DNA of 32,000 bases, from NCBI GenBank assembly GCA_039809905.1, contig JBDHVY010000001.1:960001-992000 (forward strand). Reading direction: 5' to 3'. Made by a program: the position numbers and the translations under genes. Positions 17,741 to 25,436 of the stretch are shown in pieces. The notes under the pieces are model-generated. The model did not search any database. It was not told the origin of the DNA and saw only the letters and a list, made by a program, of their open reading frames with translations. Each line of letters starts with the position of its first letter. Position 1 is the first letter of the stretch. The DNA comes from Candidatus Babelota bacterium. GTDB taxonomy: Bacteria; Babelota; Babeliae; Babelales; Vermiphilaceae.

Positions 17741-18268
17741 ATGGTAATTAATTTTTACATCAATATTTTTTTTCTGAACCTATTTTTCATCGCTCCAGTC
17801 ATGAGTATGGATAATTATCGTGATCCAGATCATGATATCTTATTTCTCTGGCGCATACTTTCGCAAGGTAATTTTGTAGTAAGCTTGCCTGTGGAATTAC
17901 GTAAAACAATATGGGAATATGCTGTTAAAGATCATATGTTGTTATGCTCTTCATTAATGCGTGAAACAGTTTTTCTCGGTTTACCATTAGTTGATTTAAT
18001 GCGTTACAATCGAAAAACATTACATGGTATACGTACAATTGATGCTGGCTGTGCAAGTAAAGTATACGATGTAACTTATAAGCTAGGAAGAACTACGTGC
18101 TGGGTTTCACAAGAAGAATATGAAAATGCGCGTAGTGTGCCGGCAAATATAAAAATAATTTTTTCAAAAAAAGAGCCAATTCGTAAGGTTTGTACTTTTG
18201 AGAGAATACCTTTTTCAATTGGTACAGAAGGTACTGTTGGTAGAAAAGTGGTTTTATTACTGCGCTGA
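17741..18268 (+). CDS. Hypothetical protein, tandem paralogue 2, F-box-like motif
   Basis: 175 aa with a hydrophobic N-terminus. SLPVELRKTIWEYAVKDHMLLCSSL resembles the LPxE(L/I)xxxIxxY F-box start. It is a paralogue of 17261-17734. Confidence 0.55.
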   Translation: MVINFYINIFFLNLFFIAPVMSMDNYRDPDHDILFLWRILSQGNFVVSLPVELRKTIWEYAVKDHMLLCSSLMRETVFLGLPLVDLMRYNRKTLHGIRTIDAGCASKVYDVTYKLGRTTCWVSQEEYENARSVPANIKIIFSKKEPIRKVCTFERIPFSIGTEGTVGRKVVLLLR

Positions 18269-18381
18269 ATACGATTTGCTTTCATCTGTTCAGGATATTG
18301 CACAAAAAAGCTTGCAGAATACGTATTTTATGCTACATTTAAAATGTTTTAGGAATATATTCTATTGAAATACTTGTACAT

Positions 18382-18455
<74 letters not shown>

Positions 18456-18466
18456 AAAAATGTGTT

Positions 18467-18553
18467 GCCGGGATGGCGGAATAGGTAGACGCAAGGGACT
18501 TAAAATCCCTCGAGTGTAAACTCGTGCCGGTTCGAGTCCGGCTCTCGGCACCA
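18467..18553 (+). tRNA. tRNA-Leu (UAA)
   Basis: Manual cloverleaf: acceptor GCCGGGA/TCTCGGC, anticodon stem AGGGA/TCCCT with loop CTTAAAA, long variable arm CGAG-TGTAAA-CTCG, T-arm GCCGG-TTCGAGT-CCGGC, and encoded CCA. 87 nt. Confidence 0.9.
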
Positions 18554-18729
18554 AACTTTTAGCCCATTTTTGATTAATGAAGATGGGAAATCCAAGATAG
18601 ATAAGATAAAGCAGATCTCATTCGCAATGCAATAAAGAATGAGATTCAAAAAAAAAGAGTTTTTAGTAATAAAGCCATGTTTATTAATCGCTTCCAGAGC
18701 GATTGGGAAAATAATCAGTAATAAATTAC

Positions 18730-18758
18730 TTGACAACATATGTTCCTATGGCTAGTTT
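18730..18758 (+). promoter_or_regulatory. Candidate promoter of hup
   Basis: TTGACA (18730-18735), a 17-nt spacer, then TAGTTT (18753-18758), ~60 nt upstream of the hup ATG. The -10 is weak. Pattern match only. Confidence 0.3.
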
Positions 18759-18820
18759 ACAGATAGTATCGTTTTGTTCTGTTTGCTTTGCCATAGGTTA
18801 ATAAGTATAAGGATCTTAAT

Positions 18821-19093
18821 ATGAACAAGGCAAAGTTAATCGAATCAATGGCTAAATCTACTAAGCAATCAAAAGCAGCATGCAAAGATATGCTAGAAGC
18901 ATTTCTTTCTTCTGTTAGTGGAGCATTGAAACAAGGAAAACAAGTTGTTCTCACTGGCTTTGGTACTTTCTCAGTAATGAAAAGAAAAAGCCGTACAGGG
19001 ATTAATCCAGTAACTCGTGAAAAAATGACAATTGCTGCGAAGAAAGTTCCAAAATTCAAGCCAGGTAAAGCTCTTAAGGCTATGATTAAATAA
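18821..19093 (+). CDS. hup: DNA-binding protein HU
   Basis: 90 aa with AAGGA SD. HU signature GFGTFSVMKRKSRTGINPVTREKMTIAAKKVPKFKPGKALK. Confidence 0.94.
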   Translation: MNKAKLIESMAKSTKQSKAACKDMLEAFLSSVSGALKQGKQVVLTGFGTFSVMKRKSRTGINPVTREKMTIAAKKVPKFKPGKALKAMIK

Positions 19094-19122
19094 GCTTTAT
19101 TTTTTACAGGTTATTTTATAAA

Positions 19123-19152
19123 AAGAAGCGTCTTTTGGCGCTTCTTTTTTTT
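19123..19152 (+). terminator. Rho-independent terminator of hup
   Basis: AAGAAGCGTC (19123-19132) pairs with GGCGCTTCTT (19137-19146): a 10-bp stem with one G-U pair and a TTTT loop, followed by T6 (19147-19152). Confidence 0.8.
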
Positions 19153-19169
19153 ATTTAATTGATTTTTTC

Positions 19170-19199
19170 TTGATTGTAAAGGTTTTAGGTAAGTATACT
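19170..19199 (+). promoter_or_regulatory. Candidate promoter of the membrane-protein/PilB module
   Basis: TTGATT (19170-19175), an 18-nt spacer, then TATACT (19194-19199), ~75 nt upstream of the ATG at 19275 and just after the hup terminator. Pattern match only. Confidence 0.4.
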
Positions 19200-19274
19200 T
19201 AAACTAGAAATGTAAGAAATGGCTTTAAATATAATATAGAGTCGGATCAAAATTAAAAATAAGGGAATTATTGT

Positions 19275-19709
19275 ATGCTTAATCAAGAAAAAATAGCAGA
19301 GCCAGTTGTTGGGATTGTTGTTGAGAATAAACCAATAGGGCTTGTAGAATCATTTAAAAATGCAATGCAACCAGATGTTATTGCTGACAAGCTAGGTATG
19401 GATAAAAATACCTTGATTGATATTGGTATATATTCAGCAATTGGTTTTATTGTTGGTTTTCTCTTAAAAAAATATAGTGAATATTTTATTGCATGTGTTC
19501 TTTTTATGATCGGTATTGTTGTATTGCAGCAATTTGAATACGTTTCATTTTCATTTAATACCGCTAAAATACACGAAATGCTGGGGTTGCAATCTCTGCC
19601 TATGGTTGGAGATAGTTATAGCATGTTGTTATTAGAGTGGGCAAAATCGAACAAAGCAGCAACGGCAAGTCTTGCTGTTGGCTTTTTAATTGGATTAAAA
19701 GTTGCGTAA
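19275..19709 (+). CDS. Small membrane protein (about 3 TM), possibly FUN14-like
   Basis: 144 aa with AAGGGA SD. Hydrophobic helices IGIYSAIGFIVGFLLKK, FIACVLFMIGIVVLQQF and AATASLAVGFLIGLKV. The FUN14 resemblance is from memory of that family's G-rich TM pattern and is low certainty. Confidence 0.6.
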   Translation: MLNQEKIAEPVVGIVVENKPIGLVESFKNAMQPDVIADKLGMDKNTLIDIGIYSAIGFIVGFLLKKYSEYFIACVLFMIGIVVLQQFEYVSFSFNTAKIHEMLGLQSLPMVGDSYSMLLLEWAKSNKAATASLAVGFLIGLKVA

Positions 19710-19721
19710 TTAAGGAAGATA

Positions 19722-20264
19722 ATGAAAAAAAGAGAAGGTTTTGAAGCAGATTTTTTGCAGGTTTTAGTTGATTTAAAATATATTACTCCACAAGATTCAG
19801 TAAAGTTGCTTGCTAACTATAATGAATCAGATGTAGATCAATTTGATGATTTTTTGTTGAGTGAAGGTATTTTGGAGCAAGAAGAATTGTTGCAAGCATT
19901 GTCTCAATACTATCAAGTGCCTTCATTTGATGTTGTCGGGTATTTTTTTGAAACACATTATTTGCGCATGTTTCCTAAAGATATGTTGTTAAGAAATGAG
20001 ATTATACCATTACAAGTTGATGAAAATATGATGATCATGGTTGCAGCAAATCCTGATAATCCTGAGCTTTTATTTGAAATTGGTGAAAATGTTTCTTATG
20101 ATATTCGATTTTATGTAGGTATTGCACGAGATATTTGTGATGCTGTTAAAGAATATTATGATAAAGCAGATACTGAAGATGTTGAAGACGAAGATTTGCG
20201 AGAAGAACATCTTTTGATGGGAGAATTTCAGATGATGGAAGATGAGGAGGATCCTTTTGAATAA
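19722..20264 (+). CDS. Stand-alone T2SSE_N (GspE/PilB N-terminal) domain protein with acidic tail
   Basis: 180 aa with AAGGAAG SD. The pattern GILEQEELLQALSQYYQVPSFDV ... LRNEIIPLQVDENMMIMVAANPDNPELLFEI ... YDIRFYVGIARDICDAVKEYY matches the N-terminal domain of GspE/PilB ATPases. It overlaps the ATPase ORF by 23 nt. Confidence 0.8.
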   Translation: MKKREGFEADFLQVLVDLKYITPQDSVKLLANYNESDVDQFDDFLLSEGILEQEELLQALSQYYQVPSFDVVGYFFETHYLRMFPKDMLLRNEIIPLQVDENMMIMVAANPDNPELLFEIGENVSYDIRFYVGIARDICDAVKEYYDKADTEDVEDEDLREEHLLMGEFQMMEDEEDPFE

Positions 20265-21435
20265 AAATGCGGATCTTCTTGATGATCAATCAATTATCTC
20301 TCGTGTGCAAGCTCTTCTTGATGATGCTATAGCGCACCGTGCATCAGATATCCATCTTGAACCAACTCGTGATGAGTTACGGGTTCGTTTTCGTATTGAT
20401 GGTATTTTGATCGATCAAAGACCATTTTCTGTTGAATTGAGTTCCGCAATTATAGCTCGTCTTAAAATTTTGGCCTATCTTGATAGTACCGAACGCAGAA
20501 TTCCTCAAGATGGTAAATTTAATGTGTTGCATAAAAATAATGAAATTGATATTCGTGTTTCCACGTTTCCTTGTTTATATGGAGAAAAGGTTGTTGTTCG
20601 TATTTTAAACAGAGCTTTGCAGACAATAAGTTTAGAAAGTCTTGGTTTTGAGCCAACAATGCTTGATCGATTTAAGCAATTGCTTGAGCGGCATAATGGT
20701 TTTTTTTTGGTTACCGGACCTACTGGTTCCGGTAAAACAACAACGCTGTATGCAGCTCTTTCTTTTTTGCATAGTTCAGAAAGAAATATAGTTACTTTAG
20801 AAGATCCTGTTGAATATTCATTAGATGGTGTAACACAATCACAAATTAATGTGCCAGCAGGCTTTACGTTTGAAAAAGGAATACGATCGCTGGTGCGTCA
20901 AGATCCTGATATTATCATGGTGGGAGAAATTAGAGATAAAGTGACTGCGCGTATTGCTATTGAAGCGGCTTTGACTGGCCATCTTGTTTTGAGTACCTTA
21001 CATACCGCTGATGCTGCAAGTGCTATTATGCGTTTGATTGATATGGGGATTGAACCTTTTTTACTTAATGCAGCGCTCTCTGGCGTTCTTGCACAGCGTT
21101 TAGTCCGTAAGTTGTGCCAAGAGTGTAAAACAAGTCGTAAGGCAACAGTGGATGAAAAGAAGCTATTAAAAAAGTTTGGTATTGCAGATGATATAATCTA
21201 TGAGGCGAGCGGTTGTGCTTCGTGTGATGATCTGGGGTATAAAGGTCGTGTTGGTATATTTGAATTTCTTGAAATTTCACCAGCGGTACGATCTTTAATT
21301 ATAGCTAATAGTGCTTTTGATGATATTTATAAACAAGCACGTAGTGATGGTATGAAAACGTTGCAGGAAGATGGTGCGCATAAAGTCAGGGATGGAATTA
21401 TTTCCTTGGCTGAATTTATGCGCGTTATTGCTTAA
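20242..21435 (+). CDS. pilB: GspE/PilB-family secretion/pilus-assembly ATPase (N2 + ATPase core, lacking the N-terminal domain)
   Basis: 397 aa with ASDIHLEP, Walker A GPTGSGKTTT, Asp box EDPVE, Walker B PDIIMVGEIRD, His box TGHLVLSTLHT, and tetracysteine CQEC...CASC. An alternative start is TTG 20257, 6 nt after GAGGAGG. Confidence 0.92.
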   Translation: MRRILLNKNADLLDDQSIISRVQALLDDAIAHRASDIHLEPTRDELRVRFRIDGILIDQRPFSVELSSAIIARLKILAYLDSTERRIPQDGKFNVLHKNNEIDIRVSTFPCLYGEKVVVRILNRALQTISLESLGFEPTMLDRFKQLLERHNGFFLVTGPTGSGKTTTLYAALSFLHSSERNIVTLEDPVEYSLDGVTQSQINVPAGFTFEKGIRSLVRQDPDIIMVGEIRDKVTARIAIEAALTGHLVLSTLHTADAASAIMRLIDMGIEPFLLNAALSGVLAQRLVRKLCQECKTSRKATVDEKKLLKKFGIADDIIYEASGCASCDDLGYKGRVGIFEFLEISPAVRSLIIANSAFDDIYKQARSDGMKTLQEDGAHKVRDGIISLAEFMRVIA

Positions 21436-21669
21436 TTATTTGCTAAGAATAGCATCGAGACGTTTGAAGTATTCTGTTTCCCACAATCTATATCTTGCAA
21501 GACTTTTTTGTTTTATGACTAACCGTTTATTGTCATTGTGATTATATTGTTGTTTTACAATGCCTAATGTGTATTCTTTTTTAGGTCTTGGTTTTCTATT
21601 GGTGCATATACTTATAGATGTAGTTGCTAGAAATAATAGAAGAAGAATAGATATACTTTTTTTATTCAT
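21436..21669 (-). CDS. Small secreted/lipoprotein-like hypothetical protein (paralogue a)
   Basis: 77 aa: MNKKSISILLLLFLATTSISICTNRKPRPKKE. No clear SD. The N-terminal ~35 codons are similar at DNA level to the next ORF. Confidence 0.5.
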   Translation of the reverse strand: MNKKSISILLLLFLATTSISICTNRKPRPKKEYTLGIVKQQYNHNDNKRLVIKQKSLARYRLWETEYFKRLDAILSK

Positions 21670-21681
21670 TGATGGTTTATC

Positions 21682-21987
21682 TTAATCTTCTAAATCTGAA
21701 TCTAAAGCTAATCTTGCCGCTGCAAGTCTTTCTAACATGTTATCAGCATCACGATTGACTCTTCTAATTGTATTTTGTAGAGCTTGTTCTGCTCTTACTG
21801 GAAATAGTGCTCGATTTCTTTTTTCACATAGATCTGTAAATAGTGCGGTATAGTTCTTATCAGATAGGTTTATAGAGTCTTGTTTACGTTCTTTTTTAGG
21901 GCGCGGTTTTCTGCTGGTACATGTGCTGATAGATGCGCTTGCTAGAACTGTTACAAACAAAAGAGTTGATATATTTTTTTTATTCAT
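21682..21987 (-). CDS. Small secreted/lipoprotein-like hypothetical protein (paralogue b)
   Basis: 101 aa: MNKKNISTLLFVTVLASASISTCTSRKPRPKKE. AGGGA lies upstream of the ATG. Confidence 0.6.
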   Translation of the reverse strand: MNKKNISTLLFVTVLASASISTCTSRKPRPKKERKQDSINLSDKNYTALFTDLCEKRNRALFPVRAEQALQNTIRRVNRDADNMLERLAAARLALDSDLED

Positions 21988-22027
21988 CGATTGTCCCTGT
22001 GTATTAAAAAGATATTAATATTGTTTT

Positions 22028-22612
22028 TTATGGATTTATTGTGTTTTTTGCAAAATCAGAATGAATGCCGTGTGAGCCATTTTTATTGACTATTTTTTGT
22101 CGTACAAGAAAACGCATAGATTCTCTTGAGTCAATGCATGGTTCTTGTGCAAATACCTTAGTGCACGCTTCTTTATAGTTGTTAAATCCTGCACCGAGAG
22201 TAGCTCCAATAATATTTTGATCACCGTCTTTTAAATCGTTAAAAATTTTTGATGGGAGCAAGGTAAATTGTTTGTTGTTCCGGTCAAGTTTTTTCAATGT
22301 TTTATTTGCTTCTGTTCCTTTAACAAAAAGATCATCAGGCGAAGCATTGATGATTTTTGCCTGTTCTGGTGAAACAGAAAGGGCGGTTAATGCTATAAAT
22401 GTATCACGAGGCGTAATAGAATGATGTGGAAACACACGTTGTATTGCGGCGCATTTAGATGGTGAGAGGTAAGTTAAAGATTTAACTGTTGGATGAGGCA
22501 TACATAACGTTATGGTGTTATTTTGGGGCAGATCCATTGATACTACTAAGCTAGAGCTTATAAGTAATGAGAGGGCCAAAGAATAGAGTGTCTTTTGTAT
22601 GGTTATATTCAT
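22028..22612 (-). CDS. Hypothetical secreted protein
   Basis: 194 aa with AAGGAAG SD and a signal-like N-terminus (MNITIQKTLYSLALSLLISSSLVVS). No family recognised. Confidence 0.65.
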   Translation of the reverse strand: MNITIQKTLYSLALSLLISSSLVVSMDLPQNNTITLCMPHPTVKSLTYLSPSKCAAIQRVFPHHSITPRDTFIALTALSVSPEQAKIINASPDDLFVKGTEANKTLKKLDRNNKQFTLLPSKIFNDLKDGDQNIIGATLGAGFNNYKEACTKVFAQEPCIDSRESMRFLVRQKIVNKNGSHGIHSDFAKNTINP

Positions 22613-22749
22613 GCGCTTCCTTTAATATCATATTAGTATTTTAATTCAACCTAAGATAAAGCTTATCTTTTTATATAAGTCATGTCAAAAAAAATATATA
22701 TTTCTATCAGAAAAATAGCATAAATATGCCTTCCTGCTATACTGAATGT

Positions 22750-23502
22750 ATGGAAAAACAGGTAATTTTATCGATCAATAACGCTTCTGTTGCGGTTCTT
22801 GATAAACAAGTACTTTATAATGTTGATTTAGAAGTAGGTACGGGATCTATTCATGCTATTATGGGGCCCAATGGCTCCGGCAAAAGCTCTCTTGCCTATG
22901 CCTTGGCAGGGCATCCGCATTACACCATATCTTCTGGGACGATACTATTTAATGGTAAAGATCTTATTTCTATGCCTATACATGAACGGGTGCGTAATGG
23001 ATTATTTCTCTCATTTCAGCATCCAGTTGAAATACCCGGAGTTTCTGTAGCTTCTTTTTTGAAAGAGGCGTATATAGCTGTTACGGGTAATCAGATTGCT
23101 CCGATTGAGTTTAAAAAATTGCTTGATGATCGCTGTGCACAGTTAGGTATTGATGAATCTTTTACCTTGCGAGCGGTGAATGTTGGCTTTTCTGGCGGAG
23201 AAAAGAAACGCCTTGAATTATTACAATTGCTCATATTGCAGCCTAAACTAGCTATTCTTGATGAGATTGATTCTGGTCTTGATATTGATTCTCTTAAAGT
23301 TGTTGCAGCGGGAATAGACCTTGCTCGTAAAGAAAATCCTGCCCTCAGCATTATTCTTATTACTCATTATCAACGAATTTTGGATTATCTCGTTCCTGAT
23401 TATGTTCATGTATTATGCGATGGACGAATGCAGCATTCGGGAGATGCTATGGTAGCGCGTATGCTCGAGGCTAAAGGATATGATGAATATAAAAGGTCTT
23501 AA
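22750..23502 (+). CDS. sufC: Fe-S cluster assembly ATPase SufC
   Basis: Walker [13 protein letters not shown] signature FSGGEKKR, Walker [13 protein letters not shown], and H-loop ITHY. The track start is 22726. ATG 22750 ([11 protein letters not shown]...) fits the usual SufC N-terminus better. Confidence 0.95.
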   Translation: MEKQVILSINNASVAVLDKQVLYNVDLEVGTGSIHAIMGPNGSGKSSLAYALAGHPHYTISSGTILFNGKDLISMPIHERVRNGLFLSFQHPVEIPGVSVASFLKEAYIAVTGNQIAPIEFKKLLDDRCAQLGIDESFTLRAVNVGFSGGEKKRLELLQLLILQPKLAILDEIDSGLDIDSLKVVAAGIDLARKENPALSIILITHYQRILDYLVPDYVHVLCDGRMQHSGDAMVARMLEAKGYDEYKRS

Positions 23503-24811
23503 TCGAGACATTGTGAGAGCAATTTCTGAGAAAAAAAATGAACCTCAATGGATGACAGATTTTCGTCTTGCGGCATTAGATATTTTTGAGAACAAATCAA
23601 TGCCACAGTGGGGAGCTGATTTAAGCGATCTTAATCCTCATGATATTTATTATTATATTAAGCCCATTATGGATCAGCAGACAGAATGGTCCGATGTTCC
23701 TGAAAAAATTAAAACAACGTTTGAAAAACTAGGTATTCCGCAAGCTGAGCAAAAGTTTTTGGCTGGCGTCGGGGCACAATTTGATTCGGAAGTCATCTAT
23801 AAAAATCTAAAAAAGCGGTGGTCTGATCAAGGGGTCATTTTTTGTGATATGTCTACTGCCGTCAGAGATCATGCAGATTTAGTGAAAAAATACTTCTCTA
23901 CCGTAATTCCTGCGCATGATAATAAATTTGCTGCCCTTAATTCCGCGGTGTGGAGTGGAGGAAGCTTTGTGTATGTGCCAGCAGGGGTTAAAATAGATAT
24001 GCCTTTGCAGGCATATTTTCGTATTGATTCATCACAAATGGGACAATTTGAACGGACGTTGATTATTGCCGAACCGGGTAGTTTTGTGGAATATGTTGAA
24101 GGGTGTAGCGCACCAATTTATAAAAAAAATTCATTGCACAGTGCTGTTGTTGAGCTTGTTGCATTACCTGGAGCGCATATTCGTTATACCACGATTCAAA
24201 ACTGGTCCAACAATGTGTACAACTTAGTTACTAAACGTGCAATTGCTTATCAAGATGCGCGTGTTGAATGGGTTGATGGCAATTTTGGCAGCAAAATAAC
24301 TATGAAATATCCCTGTATTGTTCTTAAAGAACGCGGAGCAAAAGGTTCAATTATTTCTCTTGCCATAGCTGGCAATGGCCAACACCAAGATTCCGGAGGA
24401 AAAATTATCCATTTGGCGCCGCATACTACCTCTACTATTATTGCAAAATCAATCAGTAAAAATGGTGGGCGATCGAGTTATCGTGGATTACTTAAAGTTA
24501 TTAAAGGGGCTCATCACGTGCAATCAAAAGTGCAATGTGATGCGCTTATTTTTGATGATATATCCCGTACTGATACGTATCCCACCATTGATATTAAAGA
24601 AGATCAAGTAGATATTGGACATGAAGCATCAGTAAGTAAGGTAAGTGATGAACAACTTTTTTATTTACAATCACGTGGGTTTACTGAACAATCAGCTCGT
24701 GCATTAATCGTGAATGGTTTTATTGATGCATTCGTACAATTACTACCCATGGAGTATGCGGTAGAAATAAATCGTCTTATTGCAATGGAAATGGAAGATT
24801 CAATTGGATAA
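23480..24811 (+). CDS. sufB: Fe-S cluster assembly scaffold SufB
   Basis: 443 aa. SufB-typical blocks: [63 protein letters not shown]. It overlaps the sufC stop. Confidence 0.95.
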   Translation: MMNIKGLNRDIVRAISEKKNEPQWMTDFRLAALDIFENKSMPQWGADLSDLNPHDIYYYIKPIMDQQTEWSDVPEKIKTTFEKLGIPQAEQKFLAGVGAQFDSEVIYKNLKKRWSDQGVIFCDMSTAVRDHADLVKKYFSTVIPAHDNKFAALNSAVWSGGSFVYVPAGVKIDMPLQAYFRIDSSQMGQFERTLIIAEPGSFVEYVEGCSAPIYKKNSLHSAVVELVALPGAHIRYTTIQNWSNNVYNLVTKRAIAYQDARVEWVDGNFGSKITMKYPCIVLKERGAKGSIISLAIAGNGQHQDSGGKIIHLAPHTTSTIIAKSISKNGGRSSYRGLLKVIKGAHHVQSKVQCDALIFDDISRTDTYPTIDIKEDQVDIGHEASVSKVSDEQLFYLQSRGFTEQSARALIVNGFIDAFVQLLPMEYAVEINRLIAMEMEDSIG

Positions 24812-25436
24812 TATACAAGAATATGTTGTTGGTGAAAATCAACAACAAGAGTATCAATTTTTATTTGATGCACAAACAATACAATCGCCTATTTTTTTAC
24901 GTTTCTATGTTGAGGCATATGCAACGTTAAAAATGCATCTGCTTATTATTCATACCAGTATGCAGGTGAAAATAGAGTGTATTTTGCGTGGTCAAGGTGC
25001 GCATGTTTCTGTTCAGGGAGCATATATATTATCTGAAAAGCATTCTGTTGCCATTGACACCTTTCAACATCATACGGTTGCCAATACCAGTAGTACAATG
25101 TTAATAAAAGGAGCGTTGCGTGATAATGCTTATGCTCACTATGAAGGTACTATTTATATAGAAAAAGATGCTTCAGGATCCTATGCATCGCAAGAAAATA
25201 AAAATATATTGCTCAGTAATGCAGCTCGAGTTGTTTCTGTTCCTAATTTAGAAGTTTTGAATAATGAAGTAAAATGCTTTCATGGCAGTGCTACTGGCAG
25301 ATTTGATCAGGAACAATTGTTTTATGCGGCATCTCGTGGTATTGATGAAAAAGCAGCAGAAGAACTTTTATTGAAAGCATTTTTTGCTGATGTGATGGAT
25401 GATGAATTGTTTAAAGGAAGTTGGTATGGATTTTAA
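24780..25436 (+). CDS. sufD: SufD-like Fe-S assembly protein, short form
   Basis: 218 aa with a TTG start at 24780 or 24804. C-terminal SufD block [49 protein letters not shown]. It is about half the length I recall for canonical SufD. Confidence 0.8.
   Translation: MQWKWKIQLDNIQEYVVGENQQQEYQFLFDAQTIQSPIFLRFYVEAYATLKMHLLIIHTSMQVKIECILRGQGAHVSVQGAYILSEKHSVAIDTFQHHTVANTSSTMLIKGALRDNAYAHYEGTIYIEKDASGSYASQENKNILLSNAARVVSVPNLEVLNNEVKCFHGSATGRFDQEQLFYAASRGIDEKAAEELLLKAFFADVMDDELFKGSWYGF

Noticed and set aside
18757-19059. 100-aa minus-strand ORF
   Set aside because: It is antisense to the unmistakable HU gene.
19722-20264. Possibility that the stand-alone N-domain is a c-di-GMP-binding MshEN module
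   Set aside because: The hydrophobic skeleton of the RLGxxLLxxGxIxxxQLxxALxxQ motif (recalled from MshE studies) is roughly present in QFDDFLLSEGILEQEELLQALSQY. However, the key Arg-Leu-Gly start is Q-F-D, and the first tandem motif is no better. I do not claim c-di-GMP binding.
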